Source: Candidatus Poribacteria bacterium
Lineage (GTDB): Bacteria > Poribacteria > WGA-4E > PCPOR2b
DNA length: 64,000 bases
Reading direction: 5' to 3'
NCBI GenBank assembly: GCA_965116925.1
Contig: OZ220744.1
Location: forward strand, 2,656,001-2,720,000
The translations under genes and the position numbers were made by a program. The notes beneath the pieces are model-generated. The model ran no database searches. It was not told where the DNA came from and saw only the letters and a list, made by a program, of their open reading frames with translations. Below, piece by piece: positions 1 through 9,731 of this stretch (position 1 is the first letter of the stretch; every line of letters starts with the position of its first letter).

Positions 1-62
1 TTGAGTTAAGGAAATATTGTCGCTATTGTCGTAAGCACACATCGCACAAGGAGATTCGATAG
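1..62 (+). CDS. rpmG: 50S ribosomal protein L33, 3' end (partial)
   Basis: Frame from nt 3 reads ELRKYCRYCRKHTSHKEIR*; sits upstream of tRNA-Trp-secE-nusG as usual. Confidence 0.9.
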   Translation, partial: ELRKYCRYCRKHTSHKEIR

Positions 63-76
63 TATTTTTGTCTTGC

Positions 77-150
77 AGGCCAGTAGCTCGAACGGCTAGA
101 GCGTCGGTCTCCAAAACCGAATGTTGGGGGTTCGAATCCCTCCTGGCCTG
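77..150 (+). tRNA. trnW: tRNA-Trp (CCA), 3' CCA not encoded
   Basis: AGGCCAG/CTGGCCT acceptor stem, TCGGT-CTCCAAA-ACCGA anticodon arm, GGTTCGAATCC T-loop; conserved position before secE. Confidence 0.96.
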
Positions 151-171
151 TCCTTTTTATTTTTGAAAACT

Positions 172-549
172 ATGATAACACGTATAAAAACATTTATTCG
201 AGATATTCGAGCTGAATGGGATAAAGTCTCCAAGCCGGACCGGAAGGAAGTACAAGGCAACACACTTGTGGTAATTGTCGCTTGTGCAATTCTGGGGGTT
301 TTCCTCTGGATAGTTGATGGCAATACGGAATATCCCGGCTGGGTTTCTATCCACGGTATAATTTTGCTGATCGCAATTATCGCGTGTATAACCATGGCGG
401 CAAGGCACTATACACCGAGATGGCACCTCGCGTTCTTGGTTTCCCTGATTCCGTTGATAGTGGTGGCTGTTGCCTATTTTGTCCTTGGCTACTCCGTTGA
501 AGGTTTCGGGTTCGCTTTGTTACGCAGCCTGTTTATTAAGACCGGCTAA
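172..549 (+). CDS. secE: Preprotein translocase SecE with C-terminal extra hydrophobic segments
   Basis: FIRDIRAEWDKVSKPDRKEV..TLVVIV motif; between tRNA-Trp and nusG. Confidence 0.88.
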   Translation: MITRIKTFIRDIRAEWDKVSKPDRKEVQGNTLVVIVACAILGVFLWIVDGNTEYPGWVSIHGIILLIAIIACITMAARHYTPRWHLAFLVSLIPLIVVAVAYFVLGYSVEGFGFALLRSLFIKTG

Positions 550-589
550 TTCGCAGATAAGTCTAACTGATTTCAAATATAGGTGCGCT

Positions 590-1135
590 ATGGACGGTTT
601 TTGGTATATTCTTCATATCTATTCTGGGCATGAAAAGAAGGTAAAACTAAATCTTGAGCAGCGGGCGCGAGCCTTGAGGTTAGATGAGGAAGTTCTCCAA
701 GTAATTGTTCCTACTAAAGAGGTTGTAGAAATCAAGAACGGGAAAAAGCGGACGTTTGAGCGTCCATCTTACCCAGGCTACCTCCTCGTCCAGACAGCAA
801 ACGAACTTCGCGCAGATGCACCGAACGAGGCGAGTCAGCAGAGTTGGCACCTCATCCAAGATACGCCGAGTGTTATGGATATCATTGCCCCGCTTACTGA
901 GGAAGAGGTTCAACATATTCTAGACCTGTCAACGGATGAGGAGAAAAAGCCGGCACCTCCAATGGTGGAACACGCTATTGGCGATAAGGTCCGGGTGATT
1001 GACGGTCCGTTTAAGGAATTTCCGGCGGAGATTAATGGGATTGACGAGGATCGACAACGCCTACATTTGACGATTTCTATCTTAGGCAGGTCGACGCCGA
1101 TTGAGCTAGATCATTTCCAGGTAGAGAAGATATAG
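590..1135 (+). CDS. nusG: Transcription elongation factor NusG
   Basis: WYILHIYSGHEKKVK, YPGYLLV, KOW GDKVRVIDGPF, ILGRSTPIEL. Confidence 0.97.
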   Translation: MDGFWYILHIYSGHEKKVKLNLEQRARALRLDEEVLQVIVPTKEVVEIKNGKKRTFERPSYPGYLLVQTANELRADAPNEASQQSWHLIQDTPSVMDIIAPLTEEEVQHILDLSTDEEKKPAPPMVEHAIGDKVRVIDGPFKEFPAEINGIDEDRQRLHLTISILGRSTPIELDHFQVEKI

Positions 1136-1152
1136 AATTAAAGGAGATATAG

Positions 1153-1578
1153 ATGGCTAAGAAGGTTGCCGGGGTTGTTAAACTTCAACTGATATCTGGG
1201 CAGGCGACACCGAACCCACCTGTGGGTCCAAGTCTTGCCCCTTATATGATTAATATCCCGGAATTTATCAAATCTTTTAACGGTCGGACGCAGGATCAAC
1301 AGGGATTGGTGGTTACGACTATTGTCACCTGTTACGCAGATCGTTCGTTTACTTTTGATGTTAAATCGCCGCCGACAGCGGTGTTGTTGAAAGAGGCAGC
1401 GAAGTTGGCAAAAGGGTCCGGCGAACCTCACCGAAATAAGGTTGCTTCCGTAACGTCGGCACAGGTTGAAGAGATAGCTCAAACGAAGTTGCCAGATCTG
1501 AATACAACCAGCTTGGAGTCTGCGATGCGAATGGTTGCAGGAACTGCACGGAGCATGGGAATTACTGTTGATCAATAA
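1153..1578 (+). CDS. rplK: 50S ribosomal protein L11
   Basis: [28 protein letters not shown]. Confidence 0.97.
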   Translation: MAKKVAGVVKLQLISGQATPNPPVGPSLAPYMINIPEFIKSFNGRTQDQQGLVVTTIVTCYADRSFTFDVKSPPTAVLLKEAAKLAKGSGEPHRNKVASVTSAQVEEIAQTKLPDLNTTSLESAMRMVAGTARSMGITVDQ

Positions 1579-1596
1579 CTGTTGAGGAGGATACGA

Positions 1597-2295
1597 ATGG
1601 GCAAAAGAGGAAAAAGATACAGCGAAGGCGCGCAATTGGTTGATCGCATGAAGTTATACGATCTTGATGAGGGTGTGCAATTATTAAAGAAGTCTGCGTC
1701 AGCAAAGTTTGAAGAGACGGTAGATTTGGCGGTCCATCTTGGTGTGGATCCCCGTCATGCAGATCAAAATATCCGTGGCACGGTTTCTCTGCCACACGGC
1801 ACCGGTCAGGAGATACGGGTTGCTGTTTTCGCGCAAGGGGATAAGGCGCGAGAGGCAGAAGAGGCTGGTGCTGATGCGGTTGGCACCGATGATCTCGTCG
1901 AAAAGATTGTCGATGGCTGGATGGACTTTGACGCGACGATCGCGACGCCTGACTTGATGCGGACAATCATGCCGAAGTTGGGGCGTATTCTCGGACCGAG
2001 AGGCTTAATGCCCAATGCGAAAACGGGAACTGTCACGATGGATGTGGCGGAAACCATTCGCACTATTAAAGCTGGGCAGATTGAGTATCGGGTCGAGAAG
2101 CAATCTGGCGTGATTCAAGCCCCTGTTGGCAGGGCTTCATTTGATGAAAATCAGATCAAAGAGAACATCGAAGCGGTGATGGGTGTCTTGGTGCGGGCGC
2201 GTCCGTCTTCTATCAAAGGCAGATATTTGAAGACTATTGCTATTTCATCAACGATGGGCGTTGGAATTCGTCTGGAGCCGGCGCAGTTTACCTAA
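1597..2295 (+). CDS. rplA: 50S ribosomal protein L1
   Basis: [41 protein letters not shown]. Confidence 0.97.
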   Translation: MGKRGKRYSEGAQLVDRMKLYDLDEGVQLLKKSASAKFEETVDLAVHLGVDPRHADQNIRGTVSLPHGTGQEIRVAVFAQGDKAREAEEAGADAVGTDDLVEKIVDGWMDFDATIATPDLMRTIMPKLGRILGPRGLMPNAKTGTVTMDVAETIRTIKAGQIEYRVEKQSGVIQAPVGRASFDENQIKENIEAVMGVLVRARPSSIKGRYLKTIAISSTMGVGIRLEPAQFT

Positions 2296-2390
2296 ATTAT
2301 AGTGAATTCAAAAAATAAATAGACACTTTCCCCCAGACCCGGTAGGTGCGGCTTTCAACCGCACCGATTTGGAGTGTTTCATTAATTCTA

Positions 2391-3329
2391 ACCCAAGTTG
2401 CTAGTTATTGAAAATCCATGGGTTTTCCGTTAAACTTGAGGGGATTGACCCATACCCCCTCAAAAGGAGAAACCCATGGACCTACAAATTGTAACCATTT
2501 TCTATCTCTGTGACAATCTGTTAGAAGCACTTAACTCAAAAACCTCTCCACAGGCGCAGATGACTGACGCCGAGGTCATGACCACCGGGGTCGTCGCTGC
2601 GTTGTTTTTCGGTGGTAACTTCCAAGTGACTTGTGACTTTCTACACACTCATGGCTATATCCCCAATATGCTGTCAAAAAGTCGTTTCAATCGACGGTTG
2701 CATCGGATTAAACCGATGTTCATCACATTGTTCAAAATCTTAGCCGAAAGTTATGTAAAACTCAATCAACAGCAGATTTATGCGATAGATACACTGCCTA
2801 TTGCGGTCTGTGACAATATCCGCATTAGCCGGTCAAAACTGTATACCGATGAGGCATTTCGTGGGTATCAAGCGTCCAAGCGTCGGTACTTCTATGGCTT
2901 GAAAGTTCACTTGTTAGTGACAGCGAGCCAACAGCCTGTTGAGTTTTTTCTAACGCCAGCAAGCATGAGTGATGTCGAGGGATTACAGTATTTTGATTTT
3001 GACTTACCACCGGGCAGTTGTGTCTACGGGGATAAAGCATACAATAACTATGAGATAGAGGATATATTGGCAACCATTGGAGTGGACCTCAAGCCGACAC
3101 GCAAACAGAATTCCAAGCGACCTTATCCACAGTGGGAGACCTATGTGGCGGCTTGCCATCGTAAGTCTGTCGAGACCGCTGGCAGTTTAATTGAGCGATT
3201 GCTGCCTCGTTCGATTCATGCCGTAACACAACAAGGATTTGAATTGAAAGTGGTCTTGTTTGTATTAGCAAGCAGTATCTATCAACTTTAACTCCAACCA
3301 ACTACTCAATTATAGGTAGCAACTTGGGT
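2391..3329 (+). mobile_element. IS982-family insertion sequence, complete
   Basis: 13-bp terminal IR ACCCAAGTTGCTA/TAGCAACTTGGGT; 8-bp target duplication TAATTCTA (2383-2390, 3330-3337). Confidence 0.93.
2476..3291 (+). CDS. IS982-family DDE transposase
   Basis: SRFNRR, IDTLPI.VC, YFYGLKVHL, YGDKAY, RKSVET motifs. Confidence 0.93.
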   Translation: MDLQIVTIFYLCDNLLEALNSKTSPQAQMTDAEVMTTGVVAALFFGGNFQVTCDFLHTHGYIPNMLSKSRFNRRLHRIKPMFITLFKILAESYVKLNQQQIYAIDTLPIAVCDNIRISRSKLYTDEAFRGYQASKRRYFYGLKVHLLVTASQQPVEFFLTPASMSDVEGLQYFDFDLPPGSCVYGDKAYNNYEIEDILATIGVDLKPTRKQNSKRPYPQWETYVAACHRKSVETAGSLIERLLPRSIHAVTQQGFELKVVLFVLASSIYQL

Positions 3330-3373
3330 TAATTCTAAAATCTACTATAAATACATCATATTGACTTTGGATG

Positions 3374-3538
3374 TCGTCGTAGACAGTGGGTGCAATTTTG
3401 CTTAAATGAGTATTCAGCCTACCGAGGCGGACTTGATACGCCCCAATTTCTGCTTGTGTGCCAGCATTGACAGAGATTGGTGGGTACGTTCCATAAATGT
3501 GGAAATAAAGCCTCCTATACGACAGGAGGTTTTTTTTT
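3374..3538 (+). promoter_or_regulatory. rplJ (L10) leader autoregulatory element with attenuator
   Basis: GTAGACAGTGGG..TTAA..CCTACCGAGG pattern; downstream hairpin GCCTCCT/AGGAGGT plus T-run whose loop (TACGAC) can pair with leader GTCGTA. Confidence 0.85.
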
Positions 3539-3581
3539 ACGTGTATGGTGCGAATGATTGATTGAAGGGAGAGGGCATCGA

Positions 3582-4148
3582 ATGCCTAACGAGAAAAATA
3601 TCCAACAGGTAGAACGCATTCGAGAGGATTTCCAGAGCTCGGAAGTTATCATCCTGACAGAATATCAAGGATTGACTGTCGAGGAGATTACCGAGTTGCG
3701 CGATAAGTGTCGTGAGGCGGAAATCCAATATAAGGTTTATAAGAATACACTTATCAATGTTGTCGCTGAAGAGTTGGAGATTGAAGGTTTAGCACCTTAC
3801 CTTCAGGGCACAACTGCCGTTGCATTGAGCAACGATCCGGCTGCATCTGCAAAGATCTTAAAGGAGTTTAGCGGCGACCATGAGAATCTGAAGATTAAGG
3901 GCGGGATACTTGGCAAGAGAACGATTGACGGCGCAGCGGCTGAAAAGCTAGTTGATATGCCATCAAGGGAACAACTGATTGCTACGGCTGTTGGCGGTCT
4001 GAAAGCACCCATTTCCGGGTTCGTTAATGTTTTACACCAAGGTTCTCCGTTGACTGGACTTGTTAATGTTTTGAATGGTTCACTTCGTCAAGTGACGACG
4101 GTATTACAGGCAGTCGCTGATCAGAAGAAAGCAGCTGAATCAGCTTGA
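3582..4148 (+). CDS. rplJ: 50S ribosomal protein L10
   Basis: YQGLTVEEITELR, KVYKNTL, KGGIL, MPSREQL. Confidence 0.97.
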   Translation: MPNEKNIQQVERIREDFQSSEVIILTEYQGLTVEEITELRDKCREAEIQYKVYKNTLINVVAEELEIEGLAPYLQGTTAVALSNDPAASAKILKEFSGDHENLKIKGGILGKRTIDGAAAEKLVDMPSREQLIATAVGGLKAPISGFVNVLHQGSPLTGLVNVLNGSLRQVTTVLQAVADQKKAAESA

Positions 4149-4231
4149 CTTAGGTTAAACACGGTCTTCAGCAATCGGATAAAGGTCGAATGCTGATGGA
4201 CTCTATTTTTTTGCAAGAAAGGAACGAAACA

Positions 4232-4636
4232 ATGGCTGATGTTGAAAAACTAATCGATGAGATTAGTAATATGACAGTTTTAGAGCTTTCCGAATTGGTA
4301 AAAGCACTTGAGGATAAGTTTGGTGTGAGTGCTGCCGCTGCTGCGCCGATGATGGTAGCGGCCGGTGCCGTGCCCGGTGCTGCAGAGGGTGCCGCGGCTG
4401 AGGATGCGCCTGCGGAAGAGGAACAGACCGAGTTTACTGTCCAGTTGAAAGAGATTGGACCGAATAAGATTCCGGTAATCAAAGAGGTGCGCGCTGTCAC
4501 CGGACTCGGACTTAAAGAAGCCAAAGAGGCAGTTGAGTCTGCACCCAACCCTATTAAAGAAGGAGTCAGCAAAGAAGAGGCTGAGGAAATTAAGGGTAAG
4601 TTGGAAGCTGTCAATGCAGTCGTAGAGATTCTCTAA
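4232..4636 (+). CDS. rplL: 50S ribosomal protein L7/L12
   Basis: [40 protein letters not shown]. Confidence 0.98.
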   Translation: MADVEKLIDEISNMTVLELSELVKALEDKFGVSAAAAAPMMVAAGAVPGAAEGAAAEDAPAEEEQTEFTVQLKEIGPNKIPVIKEVRAVTGLGLKEAKEAVESAPNPIKEGVSKEEAEEIKGKLEAVNAVVEIL

Positions 4637-4661
4637 TCCCCAGTTTTTTTCTTAACCTACA

Positions 4662-4703
4662 CAAACCCATTGTGGTCTTATGGCTGCGATGGGTTTTTCT
4701 TTT
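4662..4703 (+). terminator. Probable intrinsic terminator after rplL
   Basis: AAACCCATTGTGG..CTGCGATGGGTTT hairpin followed by T-rich run. Confidence 0.6.
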
Positions 4704-4958
4704 GGCTCATGTTAAGAAATAGTGCAATAGAAACCGAGTTTTTCGGCAAAAACTCGGTTTCTCTTATCGTCTTCCACTTTCTTTTTCCGCTCATGTTAAG
4801 ATTTAGTGTAAAGAAACCGAATATTCGTAGGGGTTGGGTCCCCCAACCCTTACGGCGGGCGGGGAGACCCCGCCCCTACGATTTCGCTTCGTGTTTTGCA
4901 CTTTCTTTTTACATGAGCTTCTTTTTCTATGACTCCATAGATCGAATACCAATGAGCC
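4704..4958. repeat. Wrapper-C elements (GCTCATGTTAAGA..CATGAGC), tandem or nested, with palindromic REP cargo
   Basis: GCTCATGTTAAGA at 4705 and 4789; TTTTACATGAGC ends 4918; cargo AGAAACCGAGTTTTT..AAAAACTCGGTTTCT and GTAGGGG..CCCCTAC. Confidence 0.75.
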
Positions 4959-5025
4959 AATGAACTAATAATTTTCACGTTTCACACATCACGTTTCAGG
5001 TATTCAGTGTCGGGAGCTAACTGGA

Positions 5026-5859
5026 ATGCTTCTTATCTTTTATATTGTTTTCAGCCAACTGGCGGTCGGGGGGCTTGCGCTGCTGTTGATTATCCCCAAA
5101 GACTTGGTGGGACGCGGGTTTTACCGACTCATGGGGTTGATTTACCTGCTCGTGATGGTGTTTGTGCGTTGTGCGAACTTGGCGATCAATGGCAATCCTA
5201 TCAGTTTCGGCAATTTCTTCCTCACATGGGAGGGGCACGATTCCGTTTTTGCGCTTGTCTTCTGTACGCTGCTCCTTTTGTATACGATAAGTCTGTGGTT
5301 GAAACCGTCTTTGATTAACCGCCTCTTATTAATTGTGGGTGCGATCTGCGGCGTGATCTGGACTGTGTACGGTGCACAGTCGTATGGGGAGTTGATTGAT
5401 CTTCCTGCCGGCAAATTTCTGTTGCCCGCACAATTTCTTGTTTCCGCTGTTTTATTGGGTGCTGTGAATAGCGGGATGTGGTTTGGACATTGGTATCTTG
5501 TGACTCCCAACCTGCCCGTCATCCACCTGAAACGGTTCAATCAGATCTTCTTGGTGTCGCTGCTTTTGTCAATCGCGTTTTTCGGACTGAATGTGTTCCT
5601 GCGGTGGCAGGCAGTGGATGCGAGCCCATTCAATTTTTTCCATCAGATTGCCTTTTGGCTGCGGCTTCTGCTTGGGTTTGGTGGGTCGGCACTGCTATAC
5701 ATCATAATTTGGGATTGTCTGCGTGATAAGTCAACGCAGCGGGATGTTGTTGGGGCGACACGCGCTGCAACGGGATTTCTCTACATTGCGATGTTGACGG
5801 TGTTTATAGGTGAATTCTGTGGGCGGCTGTTGCTATTGGAAGTCCGCTATATCTTGTGA
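5026..5859 (+). CDS. Polytopic membrane protein (GHWYL motif, DmsC/NrfD-like anchor?)
   Basis: About 8 hydrophobic segments; MWFGHWYLVTPNL and ATGFLY motifs. Confidence 0.6.
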   Translation: MLLIFYIVFSQLAVGGLALLLIIPKDLVGRGFYRLMGLIYLLVMVFVRCANLAINGNPISFGNFFLTWEGHDSVFALVFCTLLLLYTISLWLKPSLINRLLLIVGAICGVIWTVYGAQSYGELIDLPAGKFLLPAQFLVSAVLLGAVNSGMWFGHWYLVTPNLPVIHLKRFNQIFLVSLLLSIAFFGLNVFLRWQAVDASPFNFFHQIAFWLRLLLGFGGSALLYIIIWDCLRDKSTQRDVVGATRAATGFLYIAMLTVFIGEFCGRLLLLEVRYIL

Positions 5860-6005
5860 CTGTCGAAATTGGACTATATCCAGTCCAATCAGGGTAAAAA
5901 TGTGTCGAACCACAAGTTGGCACAAGATGTGGTTCGCACGAGTCAATAAGGGCGCGACAACCGCATTCAGAAAGCGTATAATTCGTGTGAAAGCCGTCGA
6001 GCTGT

Positions 6006-6941
6006 TCACGGCTTAAAGGGCTCTCCTGTTCGACGCAGCTCTTTGGTGATGGCAAGTTGGCAAGTCACGTAACCGCTTTGGCTATATCCGCGGCGGTTCA
6101 AGGCACCAGCAGCGTATCCCGGCCGCGCGTCGGCAATCGTGCCAACAATGAGGTTCGCGTGTTCAGCCGTCGTGTCATAGCGGTCCGCAATCAATCCTAC
6201 CATGTTTGCCCAGGCAACTTTCAGGGCTTCCTCCCAAGTCGCGCCCTTACCAGCGGTGAGGATTTCATCGGTTGCCTCTACCAACGTGGTGGTCTCTACC
6301 ACAGGATTACTGGTCGGGAAGCCGGGCGAGCGATCTACCTTTAGGGTAATGGCAGAGTCGATTTCGACCCCGGTGCCGGTTAACTCGCCGTCCCCCATCC
6401 GGGCGTGGACATCGCCGAAAGAGAGATAACCGCCGGGTCTCTGAGCGCGAATGTGTAGGGTGCTGCCGGGTTGGACGGAGTTAAAATCCATATTGCCGCC
6501 CAGATCTAGGGCACCCGCATGTGGGGCGACCTCTTCTAACTGAACGACCCCAATCATCGGTCTAATCGGTACCACAAAGTCCGGTGGGAAATGGACCAAT
6601 CCGTCTCGTACCGGAGCAATTAAACGCACGCTCCCCCAAAAAGGACCGCCGTTGCGGTAGAAGCCGTAAGGTCCCACCTCCATGTCGATAATTTCGATTG
6701 CAATCCAATCGCCAGGCTCGATACCTGCAATCAGGAATGGGCCACCGGGACGAGACCCACGTGGCGTGGTGATATCTAACGGAGTCCCCGGCTTGAGCTC
6801 CCCTGTGATGCTGATGTCCTGATCGTGTCCGCCGACTGTTTCAATGATGACGGTTTCGCCGAGTTCTAGGGTGCCTCTGACTTGACCGCGTTCGGGATCA
6901 TCCGGACCTGTATAGTAGGGTGTTCGAGTGAAGTGTCGCAT
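6006..6941 (-). CDS. Acetamidase/formamidase family protein
   Basis: GPFLIAGIEPGD, PIRPMIG, GGNMD, FGDVHARMGDGE. Confidence 0.88.
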   Translation of the reverse strand: MRHFTRTPYYTGPDDPERGQVRGTLELGETVIIETVGGHDQDISITGELKPGTPLDITTPRGSRPGGPFLIAGIEPGDWIAIEIIDMEVGPYGFYRNGGPFWGSVRLIAPVRDGLVHFPPDFVVPIRPMIGVVQLEEVAPHAGALDLGGNMDFNSVQPGSTLHIRAQRPGGYLSFGDVHARMGDGELTGTGVEIDSAITLKVDRSPGFPTSNPVVETTTLVEATDEILTAGKGATWEEALKVAWANMVGLIADRYDTTAEHANLIVGTIADARPGYAAGALNRRGYSQSGYVTCQLAITKELRRTGEPFKP

Positions 6942-7104
6942 AGTTTTTTTCTCCTTCGTTTAGGCTTGTGTGAATCTTGGCTTCCATTGTAGTTTAATTT
7001 AAATGCACCGTCAACAGCATTGTGTCGTTCCTAGAAATTACTTGCCTTCAAAAAGGGATTGAGGGTATACTGCCTCTGATTTTTCATAGATGATCTAGTT
7101 CGAC

Positions 7105-9726
7105 TTGGATAAGGAGCAGATTTTGCGTCAAAAAAATTGTGCTATTTTCATCGGAATTTTTAGTTTACTGCTAGTAGGTTCGATAAGTGCACAGATTATC
7201 AGCCCGGAGGAAGCGATCGGCTTTCCTGTCGGGGCAGACTACAAGTTGGCGCGTTGGGAGACCATCACCGGCTATCTGCGATCGCTGGCTGCGAGTTCGG
7301 ATCGGGTGATCTTGGAGAAGCGTGGTAAAACTACCGAAGGACTCGACTTTGTGTTAGTTCTGATATCTTCGCCGGAAAATTTGGCGAAGCTCGACCAGTA
7401 CAAAGCGATTCAGCAAAAACTTGCCAATCCGCAGGGACACGACTTGACGGAGTTGGAGCGGCTGACGCAAGAGGGAAAAGCGGTCGTCATGATTAGCTGC
7501 AACATCCATTCAACGGAGGTCGCATCGTCTCAGATGTCGATGGAATTGGCTTACCAATTGGCGACGGAAAACACACCGAAGGTTGAGGAAATTTTAGAAA
7601 ATACGATCCTCCTGCTGATTCCGTCCGCAAATCCTGACGGATTGAACATGGTGGTCGATTGGTATGAGCGCACTGTCAATACACCGTATGAGGGCGCACG
7701 GATGCCATGGCTCTACCACAAATACACGGGGCACGATAACAACCGAGATTGGTTCATGCTGACGCAGGTTGAAACGCAGTTAGTGACTCAGATTCTCTAC
7801 GAGGAGTGGTTTCCTCAGGTGGTCTACGATGTGCATCAGATGGGGAACAGAGGGGCGCGGTTCGTGATTCCGCCCTATTTTCATCCCATCAACCCGAATA
7901 TCCCGCCGCTGTTGCAGCGTGAACTTGCCCTAATCGGTGCACAGATGGCACTGGATCTTACGTCGCAGGGTTTCACCGGCGTGCTGTCGAACGCGGTATA
8001 CGATATGTGGTGGCACGGTGGTTTCCGCACAGTGCCGTATCGGCACAACATGATTGGTATTTTGACGGAGGCTGCCAGCGTCAACATCGCCTCACCCGTT
8101 TTTCAACCGAGGTCGAGTTTGTGGGGGCATCGACGGGGTTTGAGCGAGTATGCGCAGCAGACCAACTTTCCTGAACCGTGGCCCGGCGGTTGGTGGCGGA
8201 TGCGCGACATTATCGACTACGAGCAGGCGGCGGCGTATTCAATAATGTCGATTGTTGCCAAGCAGCGGGAGATGTTTCTGACCAATTTTTATAAGATGGG
8301 ATTGGACGCTGTTGAGAAAGGTGAGAAGGAGCCGCCACGGGCATTTCTTGTGCCGACAGATCAGCGGGATATGGATACCGCACTCAAGATGCTGCGGATT
8401 TTACAGCGTGGTGGCGTGAGGATCCATCAGGCGGACGCGAATTTCACGGCGGATGGTGTCGAATATCCTGCGGGGACTTACGCGGTATTGATGGCGCAGC
8501 CGTTTCGAGCACACGCCAAAGATCTTCTTGAGGTGCAATACTATCCTCGCCGGATCCCGGCCCCCGGTGCATCGCCGGAGCGTCCGTATGACATCGCGGG
8601 TTGGACGTTGCCGTTACAGATGGGCGTTAAAGTCATTAAGGTGGTCAACGCGTTTGAGACGGACTTAACGCTCGTTGAGGAGATTCCGAAAACGGTGGGC
8701 AAACTCCACACTGATGGCGTTGATTTCCAAGATGCGGTTGCCTACGTTTTCAAAAATCAAACGAACTTAGAAACCGTAGCACTGAACCGATTGCTCCAAG
8801 AGGACAGATGGACCGTCTATCAGCAGCAGAAAGAAACCTTGTGGAAAGATTTGGACCTGCCCCGTGGGACGATTGTCCTTAAATCAGGCCGAATACCGGG
8901 GAGCGATTCCGCCGAATTGCGTGATCTTTCTGAATCGCTTGGGATTGAAATCTACGCGCTCAATCAACGTTATGTGGACCTCAAAGCAAAGTTGAGACAG
9001 CCACGCTTGGGGCTCTATAAGCCGTGGGTGGCGAACATGGATGAGGGCTGGACGCGCTGGGTGCTGGAGGAGCATGAGTTTCCCTATCGCAATTTGACAG
9101 ATGCGGAGATCCGCGCAGGAGATTTAGCTGAGTGGTATGATGCAATCATCCTGCCCGATATGAGGGCGTCAGGGATGATTGAAGGACACGCAGAAGGCAG
9201 CCTCCCGCCTGAGTACGTGGGCGGCATTGGGTTGGAGGGTGCAGCGAACCTTCGCACTTTTGTTGAACAGGGTGGTACGCTTATCTGTTTGAACTGGGCG
9301 ACAGAGTTGCCAATGAAACATTTTGGGCTGGAGATCACTAACGCTTTGGAATCGAATCAATTGAATTCGCAGAAATCGGCTGGGTCGCAGTTTTTCTGCC
9401 CCGGCTCACTGCTGCGCGTTTTCATTGAAACGAGTCATCCAATCGGTTACGGTTTGGAGCGTGAGATGGCGGTCTTTTTCAAGTCAGGACCGGCGTTTGA
9501 GGCGCGAGGTGGAAAAAGGGTCGCGGCTTATCCCAACTTCAACCCACTCATGAGCGGCTGGATTGAGGGGGAGAAACGGATTCGTCAGAAAGGTGCGCTC
9601 TGGGATATCAAGTTGGGAAAAGGGCATGTGATTCTGTTTGGCTTCAAGCCACAACATCGGGCACAGTCGCACGGAACATTTAAGCTGTTATTCAATGCGA
9701 TTTACTATAGTGTCGTTGGCAAGTAG
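7105..9726 (+). CDS. Secreted M14 zinc carboxypeptidase with C-terminal GATase-like domain
   Basis: Signal peptide, IHSTE, NPDG, DNNRD, DVHQM; MDEGWTRWVLE; start codon uncertain. Confidence 0.88.
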   Translation: MDKEQILRQKNCAIFIGIFSLLLVGSISAQIISPEEAIGFPVGADYKLARWETITGYLRSLAASSDRVILEKRGKTTEGLDFVLVLISSPENLAKLDQYKAIQQKLANPQGHDLTELERLTQEGKAVVMISCNIHSTEVASSQMSMELAYQLATENTPKVEEILENTILLLIPSANPDGLNMVVDWYERTVNTPYEGARMPWLYHKYTGHDNNRDWFMLTQVETQLVTQILYEEWFPQVVYDVHQMGNRGARFVIPPYFHPINPNIPPLLQRELALIGAQMALDLTSQGFTGVLSNAVYDMWWHGGFRTVPYRHNMIGILTEAASVNIASPVFQPRSSLWGHRRGLSEYAQQTNFPEPWPGGWWRMRDIIDYEQAAAYSIMSIVAKQREMFLTNFYKMGLDAVEKGEKEPPRAFLVPTDQRDMDTALKMLRILQRGGVRIHQADANFTADGVEYPAGTYAVLMAQPFRAHAKDLLEVQYYPRRIPAPGASPERPYDIAGWTLPLQMGVKVIKVVNAFETDLTLVEEIPKTVGKLHTDGVDFQDAVAYVFKNQTNLETVALNRLLQEDRWTVYQQQKETLWKDLDLPRGTIVLKSGRIPGSDSAELRDLSESLGIEIYALNQRYVDLKAKLRQPRLGLYKPWVANMDEGWTRWVLEEHEFPYRNLTDAEIRAGDLAEWYDAIILPDMRASGMIEGHAEGSLPPEYVGGIGLEGAANLRTFVEQGGTLICLNWATELPMKHFGLEITNALESNQLNSQKSAGSQFFCPGSLLRVFIETSHPIGYGLEREMAVFFKSGPAFEARGGKRVAAYPNFNPLMSGWIEGEKRIRQKGALWDIKLGKGHVILFGFKPQHRAQSHGTFKLLFNAIYYSVVGK

Positions 9727-9731
9727 ACGTG

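Larger units (their letters stand above)
2298..3349. repeat. Wrapper-A inverted-repeat element with GTAG REP cargo, interrupted by IS982
   Basis: Ends TATAGTGAATTCAAAAAATAAA / TTAATTCTAAAATCTACTATA; REP GTAGGTGCGG..CCGCACC at 2342-2365; intact relative at 30407-30549. Confidence 0.8.

Noticed and set aside
121..171. Upstream start of the 121..549 ORF
   Set aside because: Overlaps tRNA-Trp; SecE homology starts at ATG 172
4670..4963. ORFs spanning repeat clusters (also 30390-30617, 45011-45214, 62251-62640)
   Set aside because: Translations of REP/wrapper DNA
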